From an uncultured bacterium (GTDB lineage: Bacteria > Babelota > Babeliae > Babelales > Vermiphilaceae), in assembly GCA_963707655.1 (NCBI GenBank), contig OY970172.1, forward strand, positions 96,001 to 160,000: DNA of 64,000 bases. Reading direction: 5' to 3'. A model generated the notes under the pieces. That model had not been told where the DNA came from. It made no database searches and saw nothing but the letters and a program-made list of their open reading frames with translations. Positions 10,093 through 18,953 of the stretch are shown here, one piece after another (within the stretch, counting starts at the first letter, position 1; each line of letters begins with the position of its first letter). The position numbers and the translations under genes are program-made.

Positions 10093-10268
10093 ATTTGTAA
10101 TCCTTAAAATGTGCTCGGTAAGAGTGGGTAAAAGGATTATGTTTTTTAGCTAATTATTATCTTGTTCTACTACAAGAATAGCACAATACCCCCTCCCCCC
10201 CCTGTAAACATTTCAAATAGAAAATTAACCATTGGATGTATGGGGCAGTAAAAAAAGACTGAAAAGCT

Positions 10269-11243
10269 TTAATCTAACGCTATGTTCCTGAATGTCTTCG
10301 CGTTCGAGTATGCCTCATGTTTGATAATAATGTCTTTGACAAATTTAAAGTGTTTTCGCCCATGATAAGTAAGCCTTATATCGTTTAATTCATCATCAAT
10401 GTAATCAATGGGTGTTTTATTAAAACAATCATGCAAGTGAACATTGCAATTCAATTCAAGTAATATTTTGACTTTTTCCAGAGCTATAGCATTTCCCCAT
10501 AATGCCTTATCAACCGCCTTATGCAATGGAGTCTCTTTACGGTACTTGGATTGAGCATTTACACTTAAGCCCAATCGACTATAAAAACGTAATAATTCTG
10601 GTTCATAATAACTTTTTTCTGCAATCATGTTTAAAAGTGGTTCTTCGCTACCACGAATAGGCAATTTTATCTTAGTCCCGTAATCAACCAGCACTCGGGC
10701 CAATTCAACGGTGTGAGCGGACTTTATGGGTGATGCTTCTCCGAAGCGATTTGGATACGCACCTCGTGATAAGAGGGCTTGCGCATAGCCAGCGTCTTGA
10801 GCATAGACTATTTGGCTTATTGGGTAGATCCAACGATCAGGGCTGTCCATCACGCAAATGTTGGGGCTAGCCCCGGCTTTAATAAGCGCTATGATTAAAT
10901 AGCGTTCTTGCACGCTAGCATCAGATTCTTTTCTAAGAATGTTGGCAAGGATAGCATTCTTGAAAACTTCGTCTTCATCTTTAAATGCGACGGGAACAGT
11001 ATCCGTCAAAAAATTGTCTTCATAAGAATCACCTTCAACAGGATGCAGCTCTGCGGGGATGTTGGCAAGAATATTGAGCGGATTATTTTTTACTGCATTC
11101 AGATGCAATACAACAAGAGCCTTTTTTTTAAACTGCTCTGGTTGAATCATGCCAAGTTCTCGTGATCTCACGAGTTTAAGTAAAGAATGATCACTCATAG
11201 CAGTGGTCAGAAAGGGTATCAAAAATAGAGCAATAAAAAACAT
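10269..11243 (-). CDS. Secreted ankyrin-repeat protein
   Basis: LIKAGASPN, LLSRGAYPN, ETPLHKAV, KTPIDY ankyrin-like motifs; signal peptide ending TTA-MSD. Confidence 0.75.
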   Translation of the reverse strand: MFFIALFLIPFLTTAMSDHSLLKLVRSRELGMIQPEQFKKKALVVLHLNAVKNNPLNILANIPAELHPVEGDSYEDNFLTDTVPVAFKDEDEVFKNAILANILRKESDASVQERYLIIALIKAGASPNICVMDSPDRWIYPISQIVYAQDAGYAQALLSRGAYPNRFGEASPIKSAHTVELARVLVDYGTKIKLPIRGSEEPLLNMIAEKSYYEPELLRFYSRLGLSVNAQSKYRKETPLHKAVDKALWGNAIALEKVKILLELNCNVHLHDCFNKTPIDYIDDELNDIRLTYHGRKHFKFVKDIIIKHEAYSNAKTFRNIALD

Positions 11244-11292
11244 GGCATTATTTCTTTCTGTGTATAACTAATGTGTATTCGATGCTAATTCG

Positions 11293-12150
11293 TTAGAAAC
11301 TGCCGGTTAATTCAGCTAATTCTTTAGTGATGGTTGCTTGTCGGAGTTTGTTGTATTGTAATTTTGTTTGTTCGAGCAATCTATCAGCATTGCGAGTAGA
11401 ATTGTCCATAGATATGAAGCGTGCTGCTTGCTCGGCAATAAGCGATTGAAAAAGAAGATATTCAAATGTTCCTTTTACTATTTGCTTGGCGAGAAAATCA
11501 ACCACTTCTTGTCCGTTTTGCTCCCAATAAAAATCAGCGCTGTGCGCGTCTGTTTTTTCAGTAGCTGCCGATGGGTCTTGAAAAGGAATTAAAATAGTTT
11601 TTTCAGGTTTTTGTAAAAAAAATGTTTTCAGAATATTGCTGAATATCGTTACTGATTGATAAGGTTCTGGTTTGAGCGTTATGTGGTCCACCAGGGCACG
11701 AGCGATGGAGGGTAATGTATGTATGGTGAATTGTTTGTATACCAAGCGGGGAATAATCTTTTTTTTCTGTTCAAGGTAGTCAATCGCTTTTTTGCCAATA
11801 GCGATGTAGGTGGTATTTTCGGGATTGTAAGTTGATAAATATTCTTCAAAAAAATAGAAGAGCGTTGTGTTGAAATTGCCGCATAATCCTTTGTCTGATC
11901 CAATCAAAATTACGAGCGCGTTTGGTTGATCGGCAGGAGAGGGTTGCAAAATAGGATTATGCCAATTGTCGACCTGACCTTTTGCTTTTTGAAAAGTTGC
12001 GGCGAGTGTTTTTATATACGTAGTAAATGATTGCTCTTTTGATTTAAGGCGGGTATGGCCCGACATAGCAACAAGGCGCATGGCATGAGTTATTTTTTTG
12101 ATTGTTGCAATAGCGCCTATTCTTTGGCGAATTTGCATAAGTTCTGCCAT
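11293..12150 (-). CDS. atpG: F1Fo ATP synthase gamma subunit
   Basis: KKITHAMRLVA, SDKGLCGNFN, EQAARFISMDNSTRNA, YNKLRQATITKELAE; start at ATG 12150 (MAELMQIR). Confidence 0.95.
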   Translation of the reverse strand: MAELMQIRQRIGAIATIKKITHAMRLVAMSGHTRLKSKEQSFTTYIKTLAATFQKAKGQVDNWHNPILQPSPADQPNALVILIGSDKGLCGNFNTTLFYFFEEYLSTYNPENTTYIAIGKKAIDYLEQKKKIIPRLVYKQFTIHTLPSIARALVDHITLKPEPYQSVTIFSNILKTFFLQKPEKTILIPFQDPSAATEKTDAHSADFYWEQNGQEVVDFLAKQIVKGTFEYLLFQSLIAEQAARFISMDNSTRNADRLLEQTKLQYNKLRQATITKELAELTGSF

Positions 12151-12267
12151 GAAATATTCCCTTTGGTATTTTTTGTATTCTCGCGTGCTCTTATATACAA
12201 TGGTAATAATGTTTGTGTTTCTTTGCAATCTCATTGTGCCAAAATTTATCAATAAGAGGGAAATGGA

Positions 12268-12846
12268 ATGATCATTGTAGTAGATGCCTACAATGTGCTT
12301 AAGCGAGAAACCGGTACGCCCGATATCTCACATCAGCAGCGAATAGCTTTTCTTTCACAGATTGCTCATTATAACAAGCAAAAAGGTCATGAGATGATTA
12401 TTGTGTTTGATGGGGGTGAATCTTCATGGCCCTCAGTCACCAAACAGCGCCATCTTACCGTTGTTTATTCCGGCAACCAAAGAACCGCGGATGATTATAT
12501 TCGCTCATATTTGACGCATCATGCACACAAAGATATTATACTTGTTTCTTCAGACAATGAGTTGAATTTTTGGGCCGACAGACACGATATTCCTTCAATA
12601 GATTCTGATGTTTTTTACACAAAGCTGAGGCAGACCGTTCAGGTGAATGGTCCGTCAAAAAAAGAAAATCGGGGGGCATTAATAAAAACGTCTTCATCAG
12701 CGGACGCTTTTCTTGATGAAGTTATGAGAGAGAGCGCTGTACAGATTCAGCACAAAGTAGAAGATTTTGGCGGAGAAAAAGAGCTTGAAAAATCAGCAGG
12801 CTCAAAAAAAGATAAAAAATTACTGCGGATCATGAATAAATTATAA
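12268..12846 (+). CDS. NYN/YacP-like PIN-domain ribonuclease
   Basis: IVVDAYN, VFDG, TADDYI, LVSSD acidic PIN motifs. Confidence 0.8.
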   Translation: MIIVVDAYNVLKRETGTPDISHQQRIAFLSQIAHYNKQKGHEMIIVFDGGESSWPSVTKQRHLTVVYSGNQRTADDYIRSYLTHHAHKDIILVSSDNELNFWADRHDIPSIDSDVFYTKLRQTVQVNGPSKKENRGALIKTSSSADAFLDEVMRESAVQIQHKVEDFGGEKELEKSAGSKKDKKLLRIMNKL

Positions 12847-12857
12847 AAGGCCATGCC

Positions 12858-13298
12858 ATGAGAGAAAAAGAGATTGTCTATAGTTTGGATACTATTGATT
12901 TGGTGGTTAATTATCTGCGCGACCAGATGAAAGAATGTGCCGTATTTACTTTTACTGGTGAATTGGGTGCAGGCAAAACTACGCTGATCAAAGCTTTTTT
13001 AAGATCATGTGGCATACAACAACCGGTCACCAGTCCCACATTTACGTATGTGAATATATATGAAAATAAAGAAGGACAGACTTTTTATCACTTTGACCTG
13101 TACAGAATAAAAACGGTGGATGATTTTATATCCGCCGGCTTCAATGAATATTTGTATCAGCCCCAAAGTTGGAGTTTGATAGAATGGCCCCAGGCTATAG
13201 CGCCGTTGTTGGATGAGAAGGTTTGCCACAGCATCCTTGATTATGAAGCGGATCAGCGAAAAATATATAGCACCTCTGATATAAACATTTCTATTTGA
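12858..13298 (+). CDS. tsaE: tRNA threonylcarbamoyladenosine biosynthesis ATPase TsaE
   Basis: GELGAGKTT, VTSPTF, HFDLYR, IEW. Confidence 0.95.
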   Translation: MREKEIVYSLDTIDLVVNYLRDQMKECAVFTFTGELGAGKTTLIKAFLRSCGIQQPVTSPTFTYVNIYENKEGQTFYHFDLYRIKTVDDFISAGFNEYLYQPQSWSLIEWPQAIAPLLDEKVCHSILDYEADQRKIYSTSDINISI

Positions 13299-13385
13299 AA
13301 CTGTTTTCTATAAAATAGACTTTTTTGCTCATTTCGCTATATTATAATGAATAACAGAAAATTTTTATTAACCCGTGGAGAAAAT

Positions 13386-14558
13386 GTGAAAAAACAGATA
13401 ATGCGTGTATTCGCGCTTGCATTGGGATTGAATTCCTTTTCAATGGTTGCATTAAGTCAAAATGAAAAAATTGGTTTAACTGCCTTAGGCGGTGTTATTG
13501 TCGGTGGGCTTGGTCACTGGACAATCGATAGAATTCGCCGTAATAACAGAGAAAATGATAAAGCATGCCAAGAAATTAAAAAAATGTTTGCCAGCATTAA
13601 AGCCAAGCATGAAAGCAACGAAAGTGATGAATCATTACCCGAATTACAGCGCCATTTAAATATAATGGCCGGTTGGGATGACAGCTGTTTTGACGGGGAA
13701 GAAAAAACAGCCAAAGAGACATTGGCTTCCGCTTTGAAACAAAAATATGAAGCAAAATGTTCTGAAAACCGCAAAGAATGTGCTAATAAGGCCGTTGAGA
13801 GTTGCTTGGAGCGATACGCACATGAATTTGAGATGAATAAAAAGGGCAAATTGTCAAAGACGCTCTTGGAGCGTTATGCCCTTGAAAGTCATGGCGGGTC
13901 AAATCTGGCTCCTGTGAGTAGCTATTATGAGACAATTGCGGAAGATTATAATGCCTTGGCAAAGATCTCTATTGAAGATTTATCAGCCGATAATGCGGCA
14001 GTATACAGATCTTTAAAACAAGAATTATCTGCTATAGTAAAGTTTGCGCGTGCTGAGTTGCACGAAGCAATACAACGTGAGCAGGAAAACAACAAAAAAT
14101 CGACTCATGCGGAAGAAATGCGCAGAAAAGAGCTTGAGGTGCGTGAAAAAGAGATAGCATTAATAGCTTTGCAGAAACAGGAGTTTTGCAAAACTAATCG
14201 AGAAGTTTTAGCTATGGTGCAATCTGCTGATTCAAGCATAAAACAGGTAGAGCAGCGTTCAGCAAGGTTTGAAGCAAGCACAGAAAGAAATGAGGCTGCT
14301 GCAAGAAGAGTTGAGAGTGAGTTGCGCATTCCTGTTGATTTATTGCGTGGAGTAATCAACGGATTAGAGAGCATTGCACAACAAAGTGCTGCTCAGTCAC
14401 GTACGTTAGAAAAAATTGAAAATCAAGGCGCCGCTCAAGCAAGGCAAGAAATGCACATTAAGAGTGCTATCGCTGATCTTCGTTCATTAATCGATACTCA
14501 TAGCAGTCATTCAAATAATCCCTATGCCAATGCTTCTGCGCCGTCATTTGACGCGTAA
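13386..14558 (+). CDS. Hypothetical secreted or membrane-anchored coiled-coil protein
   Basis: GTG start after GGAG; signal-like segment, one Gly-rich hydrophobic helix, long charged helical region. Confidence 0.7.
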   Translation: MKKQIMRVFALALGLNSFSMVALSQNEKIGLTALGGVIVGGLGHWTIDRIRRNNRENDKACQEIKKMFASIKAKHESNESDESLPELQRHLNIMAGWDDSCFDGEEKTAKETLASALKQKYEAKCSENRKECANKAVESCLERYAHEFEMNKKGKLSKTLLERYALESHGGSNLAPVSSYYETIAEDYNALAKISIEDLSADNAAVYRSLKQELSAIVKFARAELHEAIQREQENNKKSTHAEEMRRKELEVREKEIALIALQKQEFCKTNREVLAMVQSADSSIKQVEQRSARFEASTERNEAAARRVESELRIPVDLLRGVINGLESIAQQSAAQSRTLEKIENQGAAQARQEMHIKSAIADLRSLIDTHSSHSNNPYANASAPSFDA

Positions 14559-14581
14559 TACTCAACCGAGAAAGGTTTTTC

Positions 14582-14797
14582 ATGAGCGAATATAAAGGTC
14601 CTCTACTTGCGCGTCGTCCCGACTATTTGGTGTGCACCTGCATGGGTGTTATGTATTCAGAGATTTGTGATGCTATTGCCAATGGATTTGACACTTTTGA
14701 TAAATTATCGATGCTATTAGGGGTTGGCACCGGCTGCAACAGCTGTGTGAGTGAGGTGGAATTGATTCTGAAAGAAGAAATTTCAAAAAATAAGTAA
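14582..14797 (+). CDS. Bfd-like [2Fe-2S] protein
   Basis: VCTCMGV...GVGTGCNSC pattern of the BFD-like 2Fe-2S domain. Confidence 0.8.
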   Translation: MSEYKGPLLARRPDYLVCTCMGVMYSEICDAIANGFDTFDKLSMLLGVGTGCNSCVSEVELILKEEISKNK

Positions 14798-14862
14798 GAA
14801 GAAGTTGAAATCTTGCGAAAAAACTTTATCCTATTTCCTGAACTGTAATTAATTTTGATAGC

Positions 14863-14948
14863 GGCGAGGTTCCCGAGCGGTCAAAGGGGACGGACTGTAA
14901 ATCCGTTGGCTATGGCCTTCATAGGTTCGAATCCTATTCTCGCCACCA
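14863..14948 (+). tRNA. tRNA-Tyr (GTA)
   Basis: Cloverleaf with long variable arm, anticodon loop CTGTAAA, GGTTCGAATCC, 3' ACCA. Confidence 0.96.
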
Positions 14949-14966
14949 GTCTTTGCTTATTCCGCC

Positions 14967-15153
14967 GCCGCCAAGGCTGTGGAGGACGCGGCCGGGCAAA
15001 AGAGAGCTCGGCGAAAGCCTGAAGAAGCTCGTAAGAGCGGAGGCAGGCAAGCTTCGTCTGGCTTTGCCAGCAAATGAAATATTTGATGAGAAAAATCGGA
15101 GACTGTCCGACGAAGCTTAACTCTTCCTGTCTGCCCGCCATAGCCTTGGCGAC
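14967..15153. repeat. GC-rich nested inverted-repeat element in the tRNA-Tyr/tRNA-Gly spacer
   Basis: 14967-14985 vs 15135-15153 (16/19 inverted match); 15049-15058 vs 15109-15118 (10/10 inverted match). Confidence 0.6.
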
Positions 15154-15251
15154 AGCTTGAAGTAAGAGCGCAGCCTGGACAGCAATGCCATTTTTCTCAA
15201 TAATTACAGTATCGCCAGAACTCTTTTGGGGTAAAGGCGTATGAAATATAG

Positions 15252-15327
15252 GCGGGAATAGCTCAATTGGTAGAGCGGCAGCCTTCCAAGCTGTAGGTTG
15301 CGGGTTCGAGTCCCGTTTCCCGCTCCA
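15252..15327 (+). tRNA. tRNA-Gly (TCC)
   Basis: 76-nt cloverleaf GCGGGAA...TTCCCGC-TCCA, anticodon loop CTTCCAA. Confidence 0.97.
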
Positions 15328-15341
15328 TAAGTAACCAAAGC

Positions 15342-15417
15342 GCTGGCGTAGCTCAGTTGGTAGAGCAACTGATTTGTAATCAGTAGGTCGCTGGTTCAAA
15401 TCCAGTCGCCAGCTCCA
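15342..15417 (+). tRNA. tRNA-Thr (TGT)
   Basis: 76-nt cloverleaf, anticodon loop TTTGTAA, CCA end. Confidence 0.97.
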
Positions 15418-15450
15418 TGAAAAAAGATAGGTTTTTAAAGCAAAATTAAT

Positions 15451-15479
15451 TTGTCTTTTTTCATTTTTTGCTTTAATCT
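15451..15479 (+). promoter_or_regulatory. Putative sigma70 promoter for tRNA-Thr(GGT)-rpmG-secE-nusG
   Basis: TTGTCT-17 nt-TAATCT. Confidence 0.35.
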
Positions 15480-15502
15480 GTGTAAGATAAAGAGCGGGTA
15501 GC

Positions 15503-15578
15503 GCCCACGTAGCTCAGTTGGTAGAGCACTTCCTTGGTAAGGGAGAGGTCACCGGTTCAAACCCGGTCGCGGGCTCCA
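15503..15578 (+). tRNA. tRNA-Thr (GGT)
   Basis: 76-nt cloverleaf, anticodon loop TTGGTAA, CCA end; A5-C68 mismatch in the acceptor stem. Confidence 0.95.
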
Positions 15579-15633
15579 GGTCTTTATAATAAGAAAAAAA
15601 ATTTGGTCGATAATTTGGAATGGTCTTTTCATC

Positions 15634-15792
15634 ATGGCAAAAAATAGAGTAACAACACATTTAGCGTGTGAACAGTGCAAAGAACGTAATTATACTCAGG
15701 TTGTATCTAAGGGCCGTACGGTAGGTTCTTTACATGTCTCTAAATTTTGTTCTCGTTGCCATAAGCACACCATGCACAAAGAGACCAAATAG
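15634..15792 (+). CDS. rpmG: 50S ribosomal protein L33, Zn-ribbon form (too short for the ORF track)
   Basis: Manual translation MAKNRVTTHLACEQCKERNYTQVVSKGRTVGSLHVSKFCSRCHKHTMHKETK; canonical position before tRNA-Trp/secE. Confidence 0.95.
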   Translation: MAKNRVTTHLACEQCKERNYTQVVSKGRTVGSLHVSKFCSRCHKHTMHKETK

Positions 15793-15809
15793 GGGCGAGA
15801 AGTTCTTGG

Positions 15810-15886
15810 AGGCCAGTAGCTCGAATTGGTAGAGCGGCAGACTCCAAATCTGCGGGTTGGGGGTTCGAATCCCTCCTGGCCTGCCA
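15810..15886 (+). tRNA. tRNA-Trp (CCA)
   Basis: AGGCCAG...CTGGCCT-GCCA, anticodon loop CTCCAAA. Confidence 0.96.
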
Positions 15887-15933
15887 CTTGGTGAGCAGTA
15901 AATGATAAAACTTATAATTAGTGTGGATGCGCA

Positions 15934-16128
15934 ATGAAAGAAATTGTACAGTTTTTACATGAAGTTAAACTGGAATTTTCTAAGGTAGTTTGGCCTAAAA
16001 CCAGTGAATTTATAGGATCCATTATTGTGGTCCTATTTTTAGTGCTGGTCTTTGCTATTTACTTAGGTGTAGTAGATTGGGCTTGCACAATCATTATGAA
16101 ATATATATTCAAAGCCTATGGTTTATAG
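15934..16128 (+). CDS. secE: Preprotein translocase subunit SecE
   Basis: EVKLEFSKVVWP motif, one TM segment, synteny. Confidence 0.93.
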   Translation: MKEIVQFLHEVKLEFSKVVWPKTSEFIGSIIVVLFLVLVFAIYLGVVDWACTIIMKYIFKAYGL

Positions 16129-16154
16129 GGTCGGGTTAGTTAGGGTATAATCAG

Positions 16155-16676
16155 ATGAAACGTTGGTATGTTCTCCAGGTGTATGCTGGATATGAAGAGG
16201 CGATTAAAAAAGATTTACAGCGCCGCATACATGAAGAGGGTCTTGAAGACAATTTTGGTGAGATTTTAATTCCCTCGGCAAAATTGCGTCAGATGTTTAG
16301 CCTGGAAGGTTCTCAAGACGAGCAACTTTTTCCTGGTTATATTCTTGTAGAGATGGCCGTTTCAAACGAAACTATGCGTTTGGCGTTGTCAAACCCCCGC
16401 GTTATTAGGTTCTTGGGGGGTACGCAGCCGGCTCCTTTGAGCAAAAAAGAAATTGACCGCATTATCTCTCAAATTAAGGGTGAGGTTCAGGTCGCGGTCA
16501 CTGAGAAAGTTGATTTTGTCGTTGGTTCCGAAGTGGAAATTCAAGATGGGCCATTTGCAGGATTCATCGGCATTGTCGATAAGGTGGAGAAAGAAAGTGA
16601 AAAGCTAACCGTTATGGTGAGTATCTTTGGTAGAATGACTCCGGTAGAATTAGGTTTTAATCAAGTCAAGCGATAG
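16155..16676 (+). CDS. nusG: Transcription termination/antitermination factor NusG
   Basis: WYVLQVYAGYE, FPGYILVEM, KOW motif DGPFAGF, SIFGRMTPVEL. Confidence 0.97.
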   Translation: MKRWYVLQVYAGYEEAIKKDLQRRIHEEGLEDNFGEILIPSAKLRQMFSLEGSQDEQLFPGYILVEMAVSNETMRLALSNPRVIRFLGGTQPAPLSKKEIDRIISQIKGEVQVAVTEKVDFVVGSEVEIQDGPFAGFIGIVDKVEKESEKLTVMVSIFGRMTPVELGFNQVKR

Positions 16677-16696
16677 GTTTGAGGTAGGTTTTATTT

Positions 16697-17122
16697 ATGT
16701 CAAAAACAGTAAAAGCACAAATTAAGCTCCAGCTCTCTGGTGCAGCTGCTACGCCAGCCCCTCCGGTCGGTTCAGCATTGGGTCAGCAGCAAGTAAACAT
16801 TATGGAATTTTGTAAGCAATTCAATGCGGCAACTGCGAGCAGAAGAGGTGAAACGGTTCCTGTTGTTATTACCGTTTACACAGATAAAACATTCACTTTT
16901 GTGCTTAAAACGCCTCCAACAAGTGAATTGATTAGAAAGAAAATTAATCTTGCCAAAGGATCGTCTCGTCCAAATACAGATAAGGTTGGCAAAATTAAAT
17001 GGAAAGATGTCGAAGATATTGCTCGTGTTAAACTCCCTGATTTAAATGCAGTTGATCTTGAACAGGCAAAAAAAATAGTTGCCGGCAGTGCAAGAAGTAT
17101 GGGCGTTGAGGTCATTGATTGA
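16697..17122 (+). CDS. rplK: 50S ribosomal protein L11
   Basis: [27 protein letters not shown]. Confidence 0.97.
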   Translation: MSKTVKAQIKLQLSGAAATPAPPVGSALGQQQVNIMEFCKQFNAATASRRGETVPVVITVYTDKTFTFVLKTPPTSELIRKKINLAKGSSRPNTDKVGKIKWKDVEDIARVKLPDLNAVDLEQAKKIVAGSARSMGVEVID

Positions 17123-17139
17123 TAGGATAGGTTCATACT

Positions 17140-17838
17140 ATGTCAAAGCATGGAAAAAAATATCAAAAAGCAGCAGAAGGCCTTGTAAAAGGTCAGGTTA
17201 TTCCTGTTAATTCTGCTTTGCAAAAAGTCAAAGAATTGGCATATGCTAAATTTGATGAGTCAGTGGATGTTCATGTTAATTTGAGCATCGACGCTGGTAA
17301 AGGCGATCAAAATGTGCGCGGCTCACTTGTGTTGCCACATGCCCGTGCTGCAGCGCCACGCGTTATTGTTTTCGCTAAAGGCGATTACGGTATGGCTGCT
17401 GAAAAAGCAGGAGCAGATTTTGTAGGTGCCGATGATCTAATTGAAAAAATTAGCGCTGGTTGGATGGACTTTGACTACGCGGTTGCAACTCCCGATGTAA
17501 TGGGTTTGGTCGGTAAATTGGCTAAGCAGCTTGGGCCACGTGGGTTATTGCCAAATAAAAAATTGGGAACTGTTACTTTTGACGTTGCTTCAATTGTTAC
17601 TGATCTTAAAAAAGGCCGCGTGTTTTTCAAAAATGATAAAAATGGCATAGTTCATTTTTCATTTGGGAAAGTCTCATTTGACGCTAAAAAGTTGCAAGAA
17701 AACTTGGCAGCTTTTGTTAAAGCGCTTGTGGCTGCAAAACCGGCTGCGTCCAAAGGAAAATATTTAAAAAAGATGACCGTTGCGTCAACAATGGGTGTCG
17801 GCCTTCAAATTAACCCTGAAGAAGCTTTGCATTCTTGA
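17140..17838 (+). CDS. rplA: 50S ribosomal protein L1
   Basis: AKFDESVD, LGPRGLLPNKKLGTVT, STMGVG. Confidence 0.97.
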   Translation: MSKHGKKYQKAAEGLVKGQVIPVNSALQKVKELAYAKFDESVDVHVNLSIDAGKGDQNVRGSLVLPHARAAAPRVIVFAKGDYGMAAEKAGADFVGADDLIEKISAGWMDFDYAVATPDVMGLVGKLAKQLGPRGLLPNKKLGTVTFDVASIVTDLKKGRVFFKNDKNGIVHFSFGKVSFDAKKLQENLAAFVKALVAAKPAASKGKYLKKMTVASTMGVGLQINPEEALHS

Positions 17839-17855
17839 TTTGTAAAGGATAAACA

Positions 17856-18350
17856 ATGAATCGTGAACAGAAAGAATCAGTTGTCCGCGAATTACAAAGC
17901 GACTTTTCTCAGAGTCAAGGGACTTTTGTTGTAGGCGTTAAGGGCATGACCGTTGCGCAGCTTCAAAATCTTAGAAAAGATTTGCGTTCTCAGGGTGGTA
18001 AACTCAAAATTACCAAAGCTCGTCTTATGAGAATTGCAACTGATGACAATAAAGCCGTTGAAGAATTACAACCTTTCTTCAAAGAGCAAGTAGGCGTTGT
18101 ATTCGCTAAGAATGAGTCTTCTGCGGTTGCAAAAGTGTTATTTAATTTTGCAAAAAAGAATGAAGTTTTGCGTTTGGTCGCGGGAACAGTAGACGCACAA
18201 TTTCTTGATGCTAGCGCGATTGGGAAAATTGCACAATTGCCTTCTCGTGAAGTATTGTTTGGGCAAGTGTGTGGTGTCTTGAATATGGTTATCGTGAAAA
18301 TGATGCTCACTTTGAAAGCAATTGAAAATCAAAAAAAAGAGCAGCAATAA
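17856..18350 (+). CDS. rplJ: 50S ribosomal protein L10
   Basis: MNREQK, GMTVAQLQNLRKDLR, LPSREVL; synteny. Confidence 0.93.
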   Translation: MNREQKESVVRELQSDFSQSQGTFVVGVKGMTVAQLQNLRKDLRSQGGKLKITKARLMRIATDDNKAVEELQPFFKEQVGVVFAKNESSAVAKVLFNFAKKNEVLRLVAGTVDAQFLDASAIGKIAQLPSREVLFGQVCGVLNMVIVKMMLTLKAIENQKKEQQ

Positions 18351-18416
18351 AAGCGATAGCTAGATAGATTATAGTTAATAGTTGGTATAGTTTTTTGGTC
18401 TCTATGGAGAATTCTC

Positions 18417-18812
18417 ATGGTATCAAAGTCATTTGATAAATTAATTGAAGAAATTGGCAGCTTATCAGTAATGGATCTTGCTGGGTTAGTAAAGGCAATG
18501 GAAGAAAAGTTTGGTGTTTCTGCCGTTATGCCAACAGCAGCAGCCGGAGCTCCAGCAGCATCTGAAGCAGCGCCAGCAGAAGAAAAAAATGAATTTAAAG
18601 TTCTTTTAGTTGAAGGCGGTGCTGAAAAACTTAAGACTATCAAAGCACTTCGTCAAGTGGTTACCACTCTTGGTTTAGCTGAAGCTAAAAAAGCGGTTGA
18701 GGATTCATCAAATGAAACTCCTTTTGTTATTGTAGAATCAGCATCTAAAGCTGACGCTCAAAAAATAAAAGAAACAATAGAAGCCGCTGGAGCTAAAGTA
18801 AAACTTGCGTAA
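18417..18812 (+). CDS. rplL: 50S ribosomal protein L7/L12
   Basis: EEKFGVSA, EEKNEFKV, LGLAEAKKAVE, AGAKVKL. Confidence 0.97.
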   Translation: MVSKSFDKLIEEIGSLSVMDLAGLVKAMEEKFGVSAVMPTAAAGAPAASEAAPAEEKNEFKVLLVEGGAEKLKTIKALRQVVTTLGLAEAKKAVEDSSNETPFVIVESASKADAQKIKETIEAAGAKVKLA

Positions 18813-18953
18813 GTAAGTTTTTTTTAGTTGTTTGTGTCGTGTGATTTTTCGCGACATTTATTAGCGTTATGTTTTGTTAAAATCATTACCCTTTTTTGAG
18901 GGGTGGCAGATCATTTTTTAGAACCTTTTTGCAGTTATCGGAGGAGCGACTTA

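Noticed and set aside
15074..15243. Short ATG-initiated peptides in the tRNA spacer as a remnant nuclease gene
   Set aside because: No recognisable GIY-YIG or transposase motif; too short to support
14881..15399. 172-aa minus-strand ORF (also 15696-15887 and 15740-15934)
   Set aside because: These are antisense translations of tRNA genes and rpmG, a familiar spurious-ORF class
18351..18400. Repeated ATAG motif between rplJ and rplL
   Set aside because: Short low-complexity sequence with no structure or known regulatory motif
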